A DNA stretch of 33,540 bases from assembly GCA_050746465.1 (NCBI GenBank), contig JBOGMA010000181.1, forward strand, positions 1 through 33,540, read 5' to 3'. The notes beneath the pieces were generated by a model. It was given only the letters and a program-made list of their open reading frames with translations, did not search any database and was not told the DNA's origin. Positions 25,482 to 33,540 of the stretch are shown here, piece after piece (within the stretch, counting starts at the first letter, position 1; the number at the start of each line of letters is the position of its first letter). This DNA is from Acidobacteriaceae bacterium (GTDB lineage Bacteria; Acidobacteriota; Terriglobia; Terriglobales; Acidobacteriaceae). The position numbers were made by a program, and so were the translations under genes.

Positions 25482-26378
25482 ATGCGCGTCAACCCTAATT
25501 ACGTCAGCGGTCTTGTCGATTCACTGAACCAGGTGGCGGCGAATCAGCAGAAACTTACGCAAGAGCTTTCCACGGGCGTCACGGTCAACTCGCTGAGCGA
25601 TAATCCAGCGGCGGCAGGGCAGAATGTCAGGCTCGCCATGCAGCTGAATGCCAACGACACATTTTCCCAAACTGCCAGTTCTGTCGAGAGCCGGCTTCAG
25701 GTGGGCGACTCTGCGCTTGGCAACGTGGTCAGTCAGCTTACGACCGCGATTTCGCTGGCTACCCAGGCAAACAACGGAACACTGAATGCGAGCAATGAAC
25801 AGGCTATTGCAATTCAGCTTACGGGCATTCGCGATGAGGTGCTTTCGTTAGCCAACTCTTCATATCTGGGGCAATTTATTTTTGCCGGGAGCCAGGGTGG
25901 ATCAGCACCTTTCAGCATTGACACCACGACCTCGCCCGCTAGCGTCTCGTATAGCGGAGACAGCAACATAAGCTATGTCCAGACCCCGACGGGGCAGAAT
26001 ATCCAAACTAATGTGCCAGGGGACCAAATATTCACGGGAGGGCCCAACGTGCTGGGAACTCTGAACAGCCTGATTGCGGACTTCTCCAGCGGGGTTCCGT
26101 CGGCAACTTCAGTCGCGGATCTCTCGAATTTGAACAGCGCTCTTAATTATGTCGGCCAGCAGCGTGTCATCCTTGATGACTCCATTAACCGCCTCACGGC
26201 CGCCGGGAACTATAGTTCCACTGAGTCCATTCAGTTGCGCTCGGCGCAGAACTCGCTTCTTCAGACGGATACGGCTCAGGTGGCAAGCCAGCTCAGCTCT
26301 GCCGAGACACAGCAGTCGGCGCTGATTCAGGTGATCGCCGCAGTCGACCAGCAGGGCACGCTGTTTAAGCAGTTATAG
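25482..26378 (+). CDS. flgL: Flagellar hook-associated protein FlgL
   Basis: QELSTGVTVNSLSDNPAAA, LANSSYLGQFIFAGSQ...PF; follows flgK. Confidence 0.94.
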   Translation: MRVNPNYVSGLVDSLNQVAANQQKLTQELSTGVTVNSLSDNPAAAGQNVRLAMQLNANDTFSQTASSVESRLQVGDSALGNVVSQLTTAISLATQANNGTLNASNEQAIAIQLTGIRDEVLSLANSSYLGQFIFAGSQGGSAPFSIDTTTSPASVSYSGDSNISYVQTPTGQNIQTNVPGDQIFTGGPNVLGTLNSLIADFSSGVPSATSVADLSNLNSALNYVGQQRVILDDSINRLTAAGNYSSTESIQLRSAQNSLLQTDTAQVASQLSSAETQQSALIQVIAAVDQQGTLFKQL

Positions 26379-26393
26379 CCGGTTCGGAAGCAC

Positions 26394-28727
26394 TTAGGTG
26401 GGATGTACCGGATTTGCCTTGGAGTCAAATGTGATTGACACACGCAGCGGGTCGCCGTCGACGTCAACGACGTTACAAAATGTGCGGCCCTGATGACGGG
26501 AAAAGTCGAGGCTCACACGGCTGTCGCCCACCCGAAGATTGCGAATATGCAGCCAATCGAGGAACGGCGGGAGATATGGGTCTGTAACCTGTAGTTCGCG
26601 GGAATGCGCTGAGGGATGCAGTCCGAGCAGGGAAGAGAGCATCAAAAACATGCTGCCCGATGCCCATGCCTGCGGCGAACACGAAACAGGATATTCAACC
26701 GGGACCTCGTAGGGCCGGCGCTGAATTCCACAGAACAATTCAGGCAGTCGGTAATCGCGAAAATTCAGCGCGGCTTCGTAGAGGTTGCCGCAAATCTGTC
26801 CGGCTCGCTTTTTGAATCCGGAATAGGCCAGCCCGTGCACGATGATCGAGTTATCGTGCGGCCATACGGATCCGCGATGATAGCTCATGGGATTGAAGGT
26901 CCTTTCCTGTTGGGAAAGAGTTCGTATGCCCCAACCGCTATTGAGTCCATCACGCAGGCAGGTCTGTGCGACGCTTTCGGCGCGCTCGTGGGAGATTGCC
27001 CCGGTGAAGAGAAGATGGCCCGGATTGGATGCGATTACATTAACCTGCCGCTTGTTCTTATCCAGTGCCATGGCGTAATAATGCTGGTCCGGCATCCAGA
27101 ATGCCTTTTCAATCCGCGCGCGCAATTCGCCGGCTTGCTTCTTCAGCTTGCCGGCGTGCTCAAAATCGCCAAGCCGCTCCATCAAGGCGGCCATCCGCCG
27201 CTTAGCGGCGTAGACGTAGCCCTGCACCTCGATCAGCGCTATCGGCGCTTCAGCCAACGAGCCGTCTGGAAAGGCATTGGCGTCGCCGGAATCCTTCCAG
27301 CCCTGGTTCAATAGCCCGATTGGCGAGCGGCGTTTGAATTCAATCAACCCGTCGCCATCCAGATCTCCATAATTGTCGATCCAGTCCAAAGCAGCCTGGG
27401 CGGCGGGCAGAAGCTCTATATAAAGCCTGGGATCCCCGAGCCAGTCGAGCATTGAGGTGAAAAGCAGCAGATACAGCGGGGTCGAGTCGACTGATCCGTA
27501 GTAGTGGCCAAAGGGAACTTCGTTTTCGTGTGACATTTCGCCGGATCGATGTTCATGCAGGATTTTTCCGGGTTCTTCGTCACGCAAGTCGTCAACCGCT
27601 GTGCCCTGATATTGCGCAAGGACGCGAAGCGTGTCCGCGGCAAGTTGGGGATTGAGTATCAGTGTCTGAAAGGCCGCGATCAACGAGTCCCTGCCGAATA
27701 TCGTGTCAAACCATGGAATACCGGCGGCGATGATGTGGTGATCGCCTGACGGAACCTGCAGAGCGTGGATATCCCCTAAATTGTTTACCAGCAGACGATC
27801 AAATACCTCGTTGCTGCTTCGAAAGGAAGTGGACTCCTTTTGCCAGACGGCGAAGGCGTCGCGTCGCTGCTGAAGCAGGTGAGTATAGCCGCTATGAGCC
27901 AGCTTTGGGTGCCGAACGTCCCCCCGAATGGTTGATTCTTTCGCCTGATGGTTCGGTGAGTGATTCTCCGGTTCAGCGCGACGGGAGTGCGGAATGATGC
28001 GAACCAGCAACTCGCTGCGCGTGAGCGGAGGAAGACGGACATTCCATTGCGCCGTGCGGTCGGTGATATGGACGGGTTCCGGCGCGAAGTGGATTGCTGT
28101 TGTGCGCTCGACCCGATCGAGACCCAAATAGACGAACGTCATCGAATCGGGTGCGATCACCGGCTTGAAATAGTGGCCGCAGCGGCCGCGCACCATTCCA
28201 CGCACCTGGAAGATGTCCATGAAATCGGCGTCGAAGGTCATTTCGATCTTCAATTGCTGTTCACGATCGGTAAAGTTCTCGAACTGCAGAGAATCGAAGA
28301 AAGTATCGTCCGCCAACACCTGCTCCCGACGCATGTGAATGGTGTTTTCGGGGATGTCCATGGTGCTTTCTTCGGAAAGGGTCTTCATCGTCATTTCGAT
28401 CTGAGAAGCGTAGGTTCGTTCGGTCGATGACGACAGGAGGATTGTCGCCTGGCCGCCTACCTTAAGCTCAAGCTGGCTAAGGAAACGGGTGTCGCAACTG
28501 AAAAAACCTACGTCCGGCGCGCCGGGGGGCATTATGTTGCCGTCGACCGTGCTGGCGAGAAAAGTCCTGCCGTCAATCAGGGTGAGATCATCGGTCTTGT
28601 GCGGGACCTGCGTCCGGTATGCAATCTTGGGCTCGGGCGGACAGTCTGTGGGTTCCAGTCGAATGCCCTCGTAGAAATAGCCGGTATCTTCTTGAAGGTC
28701 CTGGTTTTTCGGGGGAGGGGCCTTCAT
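26394..28727 (-). CDS. Amylo-alpha-1,6-glucosidase / glycogen-debranching-like glycoside hydrolase
   Basis: AAGIPWFDTIFGRDSLI, EEPGKILHE, YYGSVDSTPL, NQGWKDSGD, SYHRGSVWPHDNS, CSPQAWASG; N-terminal DTRFLS domain. Confidence 0.9.
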   Translation of the reverse strand: MKAPPPKNQDLQEDTGYFYEGIRLEPTDCPPEPKIAYRTQVPHKTDDLTLIDGRTFLASTVDGNIMPPGAPDVGFFSCDTRFLSQLELKVGGQATILLSSSTERTYASQIEMTMKTLSEESTMDIPENTIHMRREQVLADDTFFDSLQFENFTDREQQLKIEMTFDADFMDIFQVRGMVRGRCGHYFKPVIAPDSMTFVYLGLDRVERTTAIHFAPEPVHITDRTAQWNVRLPPLTRSELLVRIIPHSRRAEPENHSPNHQAKESTIRGDVRHPKLAHSGYTHLLQQRRDAFAVWQKESTSFRSSNEVFDRLLVNNLGDIHALQVPSGDHHIIAAGIPWFDTIFGRDSLIAAFQTLILNPQLAADTLRVLAQYQGTAVDDLRDEEPGKILHEHRSGEMSHENEVPFGHYYGSVDSTPLYLLLFTSMLDWLGDPRLYIELLPAAQAALDWIDNYGDLDGDGLIEFKRRSPIGLLNQGWKDSGDANAFPDGSLAEAPIALIEVQGYVYAAKRRMAALMERLGDFEHAGKLKKQAGELRARIEKAFWMPDQHYYAMALDKNKRQVNVIASNPGHLLFTGAISHERAESVAQTCLRDGLNSGWGIRTLSQQERTFNPMSYHRGSVWPHDNSIIVHGLAYSGFKKRAGQICGNLYEAALNFRDYRLPELFCGIQRRPYEVPVEYPVSCSPQAWASGSMFLMLSSLLGLHPSAHSRELQVTDPYLPPFLDWLHIRNLRVGDSRVSLDFSRHQGRTFCNVVDVDGDPLRVSITFDSKANPVHPT

Positions 28728-29791
28728 GCCGCCGCCGGGACTTCTGTATCGAACCCTTGGGTCACAATCGGCAGCGTAGGACGGAGCAGGGAATCGTACA
28801 AGGCTATATATTGGTCGACCATCGCGTCGACAGAGAAATTGGCCTTCGCGTATTCGCGCACCATGCGGGGCTCAATATTCAGAGTTTGCACAGCTTCGAC
28901 CATTTCGTCGAGACAGCCACATACCCAGCCTGAGATTCCATTTCTTACCACTTCGCGAACCGAACCGCCTTCCAGGGCAATGACTGGAGTTCCGCAAGCC
29001 ATCGATTCAATCATCACCAACCCGAAGGGCTCGTTCCACTGAATGGGAAAGAGCATTGCCATGGCGTTTCCAAGGAGCTCATTCTTTGCGGCGATATCCG
29101 CCGGTCCGACGTATTCGATGAACTTGCCGTCGACGTGCGGCCGAATTTGAGTATCGAAATAGTCCTGAAATATGGGTTGAACTTCGCCGGCTATTTTGAG
29201 AGGAATGCCAGCCTTTTTAGCAACTTCGATGGCGAGGTGCGTGCCTTTGATTGGCGCGATTCTTCCGATGAAAGCCAGGTAGTGGCGCTTTTCTTCGACC
29301 GGATGATAGATCTCCATCGGAACTCCGTGATGGATGGTTTGCATCCGCGGCATGGCTTCCAGGCGGCGCTGAGCGTCGCTGATCATTACGTACGATACGT
29401 CAGGGTAAAAGCGATAGAACTCGCTGAGGGCGTCGACTCTGGGATGATGCACCGTATAGACGAATGCGGAATCTACGAAGCGGGAGAATGTGAGGCCGGT
29501 CGCATTGTTGAGGTGGATGACGTCGCAGCTTTGGGAAGCATCCTGAACGGCCCAGGCCGTGTGATTGCTGTCCTTGAATTGTGCCTGGACATCCGTGTGG
29601 ACTGGCCATTCCATAGCACGGTATAGATAGCGGTTTTCCACTTTCACTTTGGATTCGCCGTTGGAATAGACGACGGTGTCAATGCCGCGGCGGACCAAAC
29701 CCTCAGCTAGATGGGCTATAAACAATTCCGTGCCGCCATACTGCTTTGGGGGCACAGGAATGAACGGAGCAGCAATGAGTGCTACACGCAT
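28724..29791 (-). CDS. Glycosyltransferase family 4 protein
   Basis: MRVALIAAPFIPVPPKQYGGTE, FIGRIAPIKG, EPFGLVMIESMACGTPVIA; GAGG SD before ATG 29791; ATGA overlap with the hydrolase gene. Confidence 0.93.
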   Translation of the reverse strand: MRVALIAAPFIPVPPKQYGGTELFIAHLAEGLVRRGIDTVVYSNGESKVKVENRYLYRAMEWPVHTDVQAQFKDSNHTAWAVQDASQSCDVIHLNNATGLTFSRFVDSAFVYTVHHPRVDALSEFYRFYPDVSYVMISDAQRRLEAMPRMQTIHHGVPMEIYHPVEEKRHYLAFIGRIAPIKGTHLAIEVAKKAGIPLKIAGEVQPIFQDYFDTQIRPHVDGKFIEYVGPADIAAKNELLGNAMAMLFPIQWNEPFGLVMIESMACGTPVIALEGGSVREVVRNGISGWVCGCLDEMVEAVQTLNIEPRMVREYAKANFSVDAMVDQYIALYDSLLRPTLPIVTQGFDTEVPAAA

Positions 29792-30017
29792 GGGAGAGCC
29801 TCGGAGCGAACTACCGATAATAGACGCACCGGCAAGGTCGCGGAGTTGCATTCCAGCCGCTTCGGGGGTGTGGCAAGAGAGGTCCTGACCGCAAAATGGG
29901 AGGGCGGGCAAACTCCCCAAGTGTTCTGTGCTCCAATGGAGATACGTCTGCTGTTCTGTGCCGGGTTGTGGTGCCGGCAGTCAATGACGCGGATCGCCTT
30001 CCAAAAGGAGCCCGGAG

Positions 30018-31082
30018 ATGGAGCTTCGCAAATTGCAAAAGACTGCTGCCCTAGCTGGTTTGGCTATTGCCGGCACTGGTATTGCCTGCACCGGCGCGGT
30101 CGCTATGTATGCCGTCCAAAGAAGCCGTAGAAGGTCAACGGCACTCGATGGAAAGACGGTGCTGATTACCGGCGGCTCGCGCGGGCTTGGGCTTGCCCTG
30201 GCCGAAGAGTTCGGGAGAGCCGGTGCGAGGCTGGTCCTGGTCGCCCGAGACGAGGAGGAACTGGAGCGGGCCCGCTGGCTGCTGCTGCGCAGGCGGGCTG
30301 TCGTTTCACCCGACGATGTGATGGTAATTGCCGGGGACCTGCGTGAGCAGAAGACAGCCGAACGAATAATCGAGCAGGCGACGTCGAAGTTCGGCGCGAT
30401 CGACGTGCTGGTGAACAACGCCGGAGTGATTACGGTCGGTCCGGTGGAGAACCAGACCGCAGAGGATTTTCACGACGTGATGGACTCGAACTTCTTCTCC
30501 GGGGTCCATTGCACGCTTGCGGTTCTGCCGCAGATGCTGGGGCGCGGACGGGGCAGCATTGTGAACATCACCTCGATTGGAGGGAAGGTCGCCGTGCCGC
30601 ACCTGCTTCCCTACTCGGCCAGTAAGTTCGCGGCGGTTGGGCTCTCCGAAGGTTTGAACGCGGAGCTGCGGTCCAGAGGGATTCGCGTGACGACCGTTTG
30701 CCCGGGGCTGATGCGGACCGGCTCTCACTTGAACGCCTTGTTTACAGGCGATGCTGAGCGTGAGTATCGCTGGTTCAGCCTGTCGGCGGGATTGCCCGGA
30801 GTCTCCGCCTCCGCTCGCTGCGCGGCTCGCAAGATCGTTCGCGCCACCATCGCAGGCAAGAGAGAGATTGGCATTACGCCGCAGGCGATTCTAGCGGCGC
30901 GCCTAGGGAACTTGTGCCCGACAGCGACCATGCGCCTTATGCAACTGGCGAACAGCGCTTTGCCCTCGGCTGTCTCAGGTCAGACTGAGAACCGTCGTGG
31001 CGCGGAGGTGCGTGGCCGCGAGGTGAAGCCGGCGGTGGTATTTGCGGCAGCCGCGGCACGCCACTACAACCAGCACGGCTGA
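30018..31082 (+). CDS. SDR family NAD(P)-dependent oxidoreductase with N-terminal hydrophobic segment
   Basis: TGGSRGLG, VNNAG and catalytic YSASK. Confidence 0.93.
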   Translation: MELRKLQKTAALAGLAIAGTGIACTGAVAMYAVQRSRRRSTALDGKTVLITGGSRGLGLALAEEFGRAGARLVLVARDEEELERARWLLLRRRAVVSPDDVMVIAGDLREQKTAERIIEQATSKFGAIDVLVNNAGVITVGPVENQTAEDFHDVMDSNFFSGVHCTLAVLPQMLGRGRGSIVNITSIGGKVAVPHLLPYSASKFAAVGLSEGLNAELRSRGIRVTTVCPGLMRTGSHLNALFTGDAEREYRWFSLSAGLPGVSASARCAARKIVRATIAGKREIGITPQAILAARLGNLCPTATMRLMQLANSALPSAVSGQTENRRGAEVRGREVKPAVVFAAAAARHYNQHG

Positions 31083-31095
31083 GTCGCGGACCTTG

Positions 31096-31575
31096 CTATT
31101 GCCGTGCTCCGAGTTGCTTGCGCAACATTACCAGTTGTCCTACGTGATAGCTGGCATGGTCAATGGCCACCAGCGCTTCGCGAAGAAGTGTCTGCCCGCT
31201 GCCCCAGGGAATCGGTGCGTAGAGGTTCGACGCGGGGTTGCGGATTAATTGCGCGAAAGCGTTGAGGTCGGCCCGCAGCGCCTTTACGGAAGCCCGCCAA
31301 GCGCCCGCATCGGCAGGCGACTCTTCTTGCGGCCAGTAGCTGTCGGGCCACGCCGGCGCGACGTAATTCGGATCGGTTGAGAATGTCAGCAGATCATTCA
31401 GCGCGATGCGGATATGCTCAAGCAATTGCCACGCGGAGTGAGACGCTCCGTTTGGCTTCTTGCCGGCGAGTTCTTCCGGAAAATCTTTGAGAGCGCTAAA
31501 CAGGTCAACGTGGGCGTTGCCTTTCTTGAGCGACTCAACGAGCTGCTCGCGCAACAGGGCATCATCGGTCGGCAT
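31096..31575 (-). CDS. DinB-family protein
   Basis: HSAWQLLEHIR and DHASYHVGQLV His triad pattern; AGGAGG SD before ATG 31575. Confidence 0.88.
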   Translation of the reverse strand: MPTDDALLREQLVESLKKGNAHVDLFSALKDFPEELAGKKPNGASHSAWQLLEHIRIALNDLLTFSTDPNYVAPAWPDSYWPQEESPADAGAWRASVKALRADLNAFAQLIRNPASNLYAPIPWGSGQTLLREALVAIDHASYHVGQLVMLRKQLGARQ

Positions 31576-31628
31576 GGCGCCTCCTTTTTTCTTTGTTTGT
31601 GAGATGCGCCAAGCCAACCAAGACGAAC

Positions 31629-32930
31629 CTAGACCTCGACCGTTTCGCGCTTGTCACTGAACACGTTGCCCATGCGACGAATTTGCGCGCCGACGCCGCG
31701 CAGTTTTTCTTCGATGTGCTCGTAGCCGCGATCCATGTGATAGACGCGGTCGAGGATGGATTCGCCGTCCGCGACGAGCGCGGCCAGAACCAGCGAGGCT
31801 GAGGCGCGCAGGTCGGAGCACATAACCGCCGCGGCAGAAAGCGGAGACTTGCCGCGAACGGTTGCGGATCGCCCATCGAGCTTGATGTTCGCGCCCATGC
31901 GGATGAGTTCCTGAACGTGCATGAAGCGGTTTTCGAAGATGTTTTCTGTGACGACGGACGTTCCTTCGGCCTGCGTGGCGAGCGCCATGTACTGCGCCTG
32001 CATGTCGGTGGGGAAGCCGGGATATTCTTCCGTTGAGATGTCGGCGGATTTCAAGCTGCCTTCGCTTCGAACGCGCAAAGCATCTTTGCCTACAGGGTCA
32101 ACACGCGCGCCACACTCTTCAAGCTTGCTGACGATCGCACTCAAATGCGCGGGGTTGCAGTTGGAGACGCAGAGGTCGCCGCCGGTGATTGCTCCGGCGA
32201 CGAGGAAGGTTCCAGCTTCAATCCGATCAGGATTGATGCGGTGGCGCGCGCCGTGGAGTTTGTCGACGCCCTGTACGCGGATGGTTCTGGTTCCGGCTCC
32301 TTCGATGTTTGCGCCCATGGCGGTGAGCAGGGCGGCGAGGTCGGTCACTTCCGGTTCGCGCGCGCAGTTTTCCATCAGGGTTTCGCCTTCGGCGAGAACG
32401 GCAGCCATGAGCAGGTCTTCAGTGCCGGTCACCGTGATCTTGTCGAAGTTGATGTGAGCACCTTTGAGGCGGTCGGCGCGGGCTTCGATATATCCGTGCT
32501 CGTAGGCGATGGTGGCGCCCATCGTTTCCAGGCCCTTGATGTGGAGGTCGATGGGGCGGCCTCCAATGGCGCACCCGCCGGGCATGGCGACGCGTGCAAT
32601 TCCGGCGCGCGCGATGAGTGGGCCGAGCACGAGCGAGGAGGCGCGCATGGTCTTGACGATTTCGTACTTGGCAACAGGGTCGGACAGCACGCGGCAATTG
32701 ATGGTGGTGCGGTGCTGCGCGCGTCCGTAGCCGAGTTCGACTTCCGCGCCCATGGAAACCAGCAGCTTGCGCTCGGTTTCGATGTCGCGCACCTGCGGAA
32801 TGTTCTCGAGAACGACTTCGTCTTCAGTGAGGATGGCGGCGGCCATGCAGGGGAGGGCGGAGTTTTTGGCTCCGCTGACGCGAATGGTTCCGAGCAGCGG
32901 GTTTCCGCCGCGAATGACGAATTTATCCAT
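31629..32930 (-). CDS. murA: UDP-N-acetylglucosamine 1-carboxyvinyltransferase
   Basis: SGAKNSALP, MRASSLVLGPL, PGGCAIGGRPIDLH (active-site Cys present), PGFPTDMQAQ, DLRASASL. Confidence 0.98.
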   Translation of the reverse strand: MDKFVIRGGNPLLGTIRVSGAKNSALPCMAAAILTEDEVVLENIPQVRDIETERKLLVSMGAEVELGYGRAQHRTTINCRVLSDPVAKYEIVKTMRASSLVLGPLIARAGIARVAMPGGCAIGGRPIDLHIKGLETMGATIAYEHGYIEARADRLKGAHINFDKITVTGTEDLLMAAVLAEGETLMENCAREPEVTDLAALLTAMGANIEGAGTRTIRVQGVDKLHGARHRINPDRIEAGTFLVAGAITGGDLCVSNCNPAHLSAIVSKLEECGARVDPVGKDALRVRSEGSLKSADISTEEYPGFPTDMQAQYMALATQAEGTSVVTENIFENRFMHVQELIRMGANIKLDGRSATVRGKSPLSAAAVMCSDLRASASLVLAALVADGESILDRVYHMDRGYEHIEEKLRGVGAQIRRMGNVFSDKRETVEV

Positions 32931-32992
32931 AATGCCTGTGCTTCGTGATCCTTTTCAGACAGTGTAAAGCGAGCGGCGCGCGGATGGCGTGC

Positions 32993-33391
32993 CTACTTCG
33001 ATACGGGTTCCGTGTTTGCTTCGAGCCAGCGGGCGAGTTCTTCCTCGGAGAGCTTGCCGGCGGCGAGGTCGTTGAAAATAAAATAGCGATCCTCTCGGGG
33101 AGCCGTAAGAGCCAATCCGTTGATTAGCAGGAACGTAAGCGTAACGACCAAGGCGGTGCGCTTGTTTCCGTCTACGACAGGATGATTGCGGGCGATTCCA
33201 AAACCGTAAGCGGCTGCGAGGCAGCAGAGCGACGGATCGTCTTCCGAGTACGCGAGCAGGTTTTGTGACCGCGCGAGAGCCGATTCAAGCAGACCCTCGT
33301 CTCGGACGCCCTCGCTCCCTCCATGTTCGGCAATCTGTTCAGTGTGAACGGTAAGTGTCTCGTGCTTGTCAATCCAAATGAGTTCCCTCAT
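32993..33391 (-). CDS. Doc (death-on-curing) family type II toxin
   Basis: HGGSEGVRDEGLLESALAR, AAYGFGIARNHPVVDGNKRTA; 132 aa. Confidence 0.92.
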   Translation of the reverse strand: MRELIWIDKHETLTVHTEQIAEHGGSEGVRDEGLLESALARSQNLLAYSEDDPSLCCLAAAYGFGIARNHPVVDGNKRTALVVTLTFLLINGLALTAPREDRYFIFNDLAAGKLSEEELARWLEANTEPVSK

Positions 33392-33540
33392 CTACTGAGC
33401 CAGCTTTCGAAGCACATCCCGGTTTTCGCGCATGATCTGATGAGCGGCGTCCATTACCCGAAGGAACTTCTCGTCGTAGGGCGTGAGTTGGATTCCGTCC
33501 GGCGTTTCGGTGACGTAGAGGGTGTCGCCTTTTTCAATCT
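33392..33540 (-). CDS. AbrB/MazE-like antitoxin partner of Doc (5' end outside the window)
   Basis: Not in the ORF track. Hand translation gives ...IEKGDTLYVTETPDGIQLTPYDEKFLRVMDAAHQIMRENRDVLRKLAQ*; its TAG directly abuts the doc ATG. Confidence 0.88.
   Translation of the reverse strand, partial: IEKGDTLYVTETPDGIQLTPYDEKFLRVMDAAHQIMRENRDVLRKLAQ

Noticed and set aside
28724..29791. GT4 as a flagellin glycosylation enzyme
   Set aside because: It is on the opposite strand, coupled to a glycoside hydrolase, and there are no flagellin or nucleotide-sugar genes in the window; adjacency alone is insufficient.
1..33540. CRISPR arrays, tRNA/rRNA genes, IS elements or prophage genes
   Set aside because: No spaced repeat arrays, RNA gene signatures, transposase or integrase ORFs were seen; the window is almost fully accounted for by identified CDSs.

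Overview
Bases 48-26378 hold a large plus-strand flagellar gene cluster: fliF-G-H-I-J-K, flgD-E, a short fliN-like gene, fliO-P-Q-R, flhB-A, fliA, fliM-N, one non-canonical gene, then flgF-G-A-H-I-J-M-(N)-K-L. Gene order and protein character suggest Acidobacteriota (inference, not searched). Three sigma54-type -24/-12 elements (before fliK, the short fliN-like gene and flgF) and one near-consensus sigma28 promoter (before flgM) can be read directly from the DNA. The most interesting item is the gene overlapping the fliN stop (17781-18671). It encodes a four-Cys metal-binding-like module, a tandem MshEN-like c-di-GMP-binding motif and a T2SSE_N-like region, with no ATPase domain, making it a candidate c-di-GMP receptor for the flagellum. 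To the right of the cluster are an amylo-alpha-1,6-glucosidase-like/GT4 pair, an SDR, a DinB-family gene, murA, and a Doc toxin with an AbrB/MazE-like antitoxin cut off by the window edge. All calls come from motif recognition by eye; no database searches were run.
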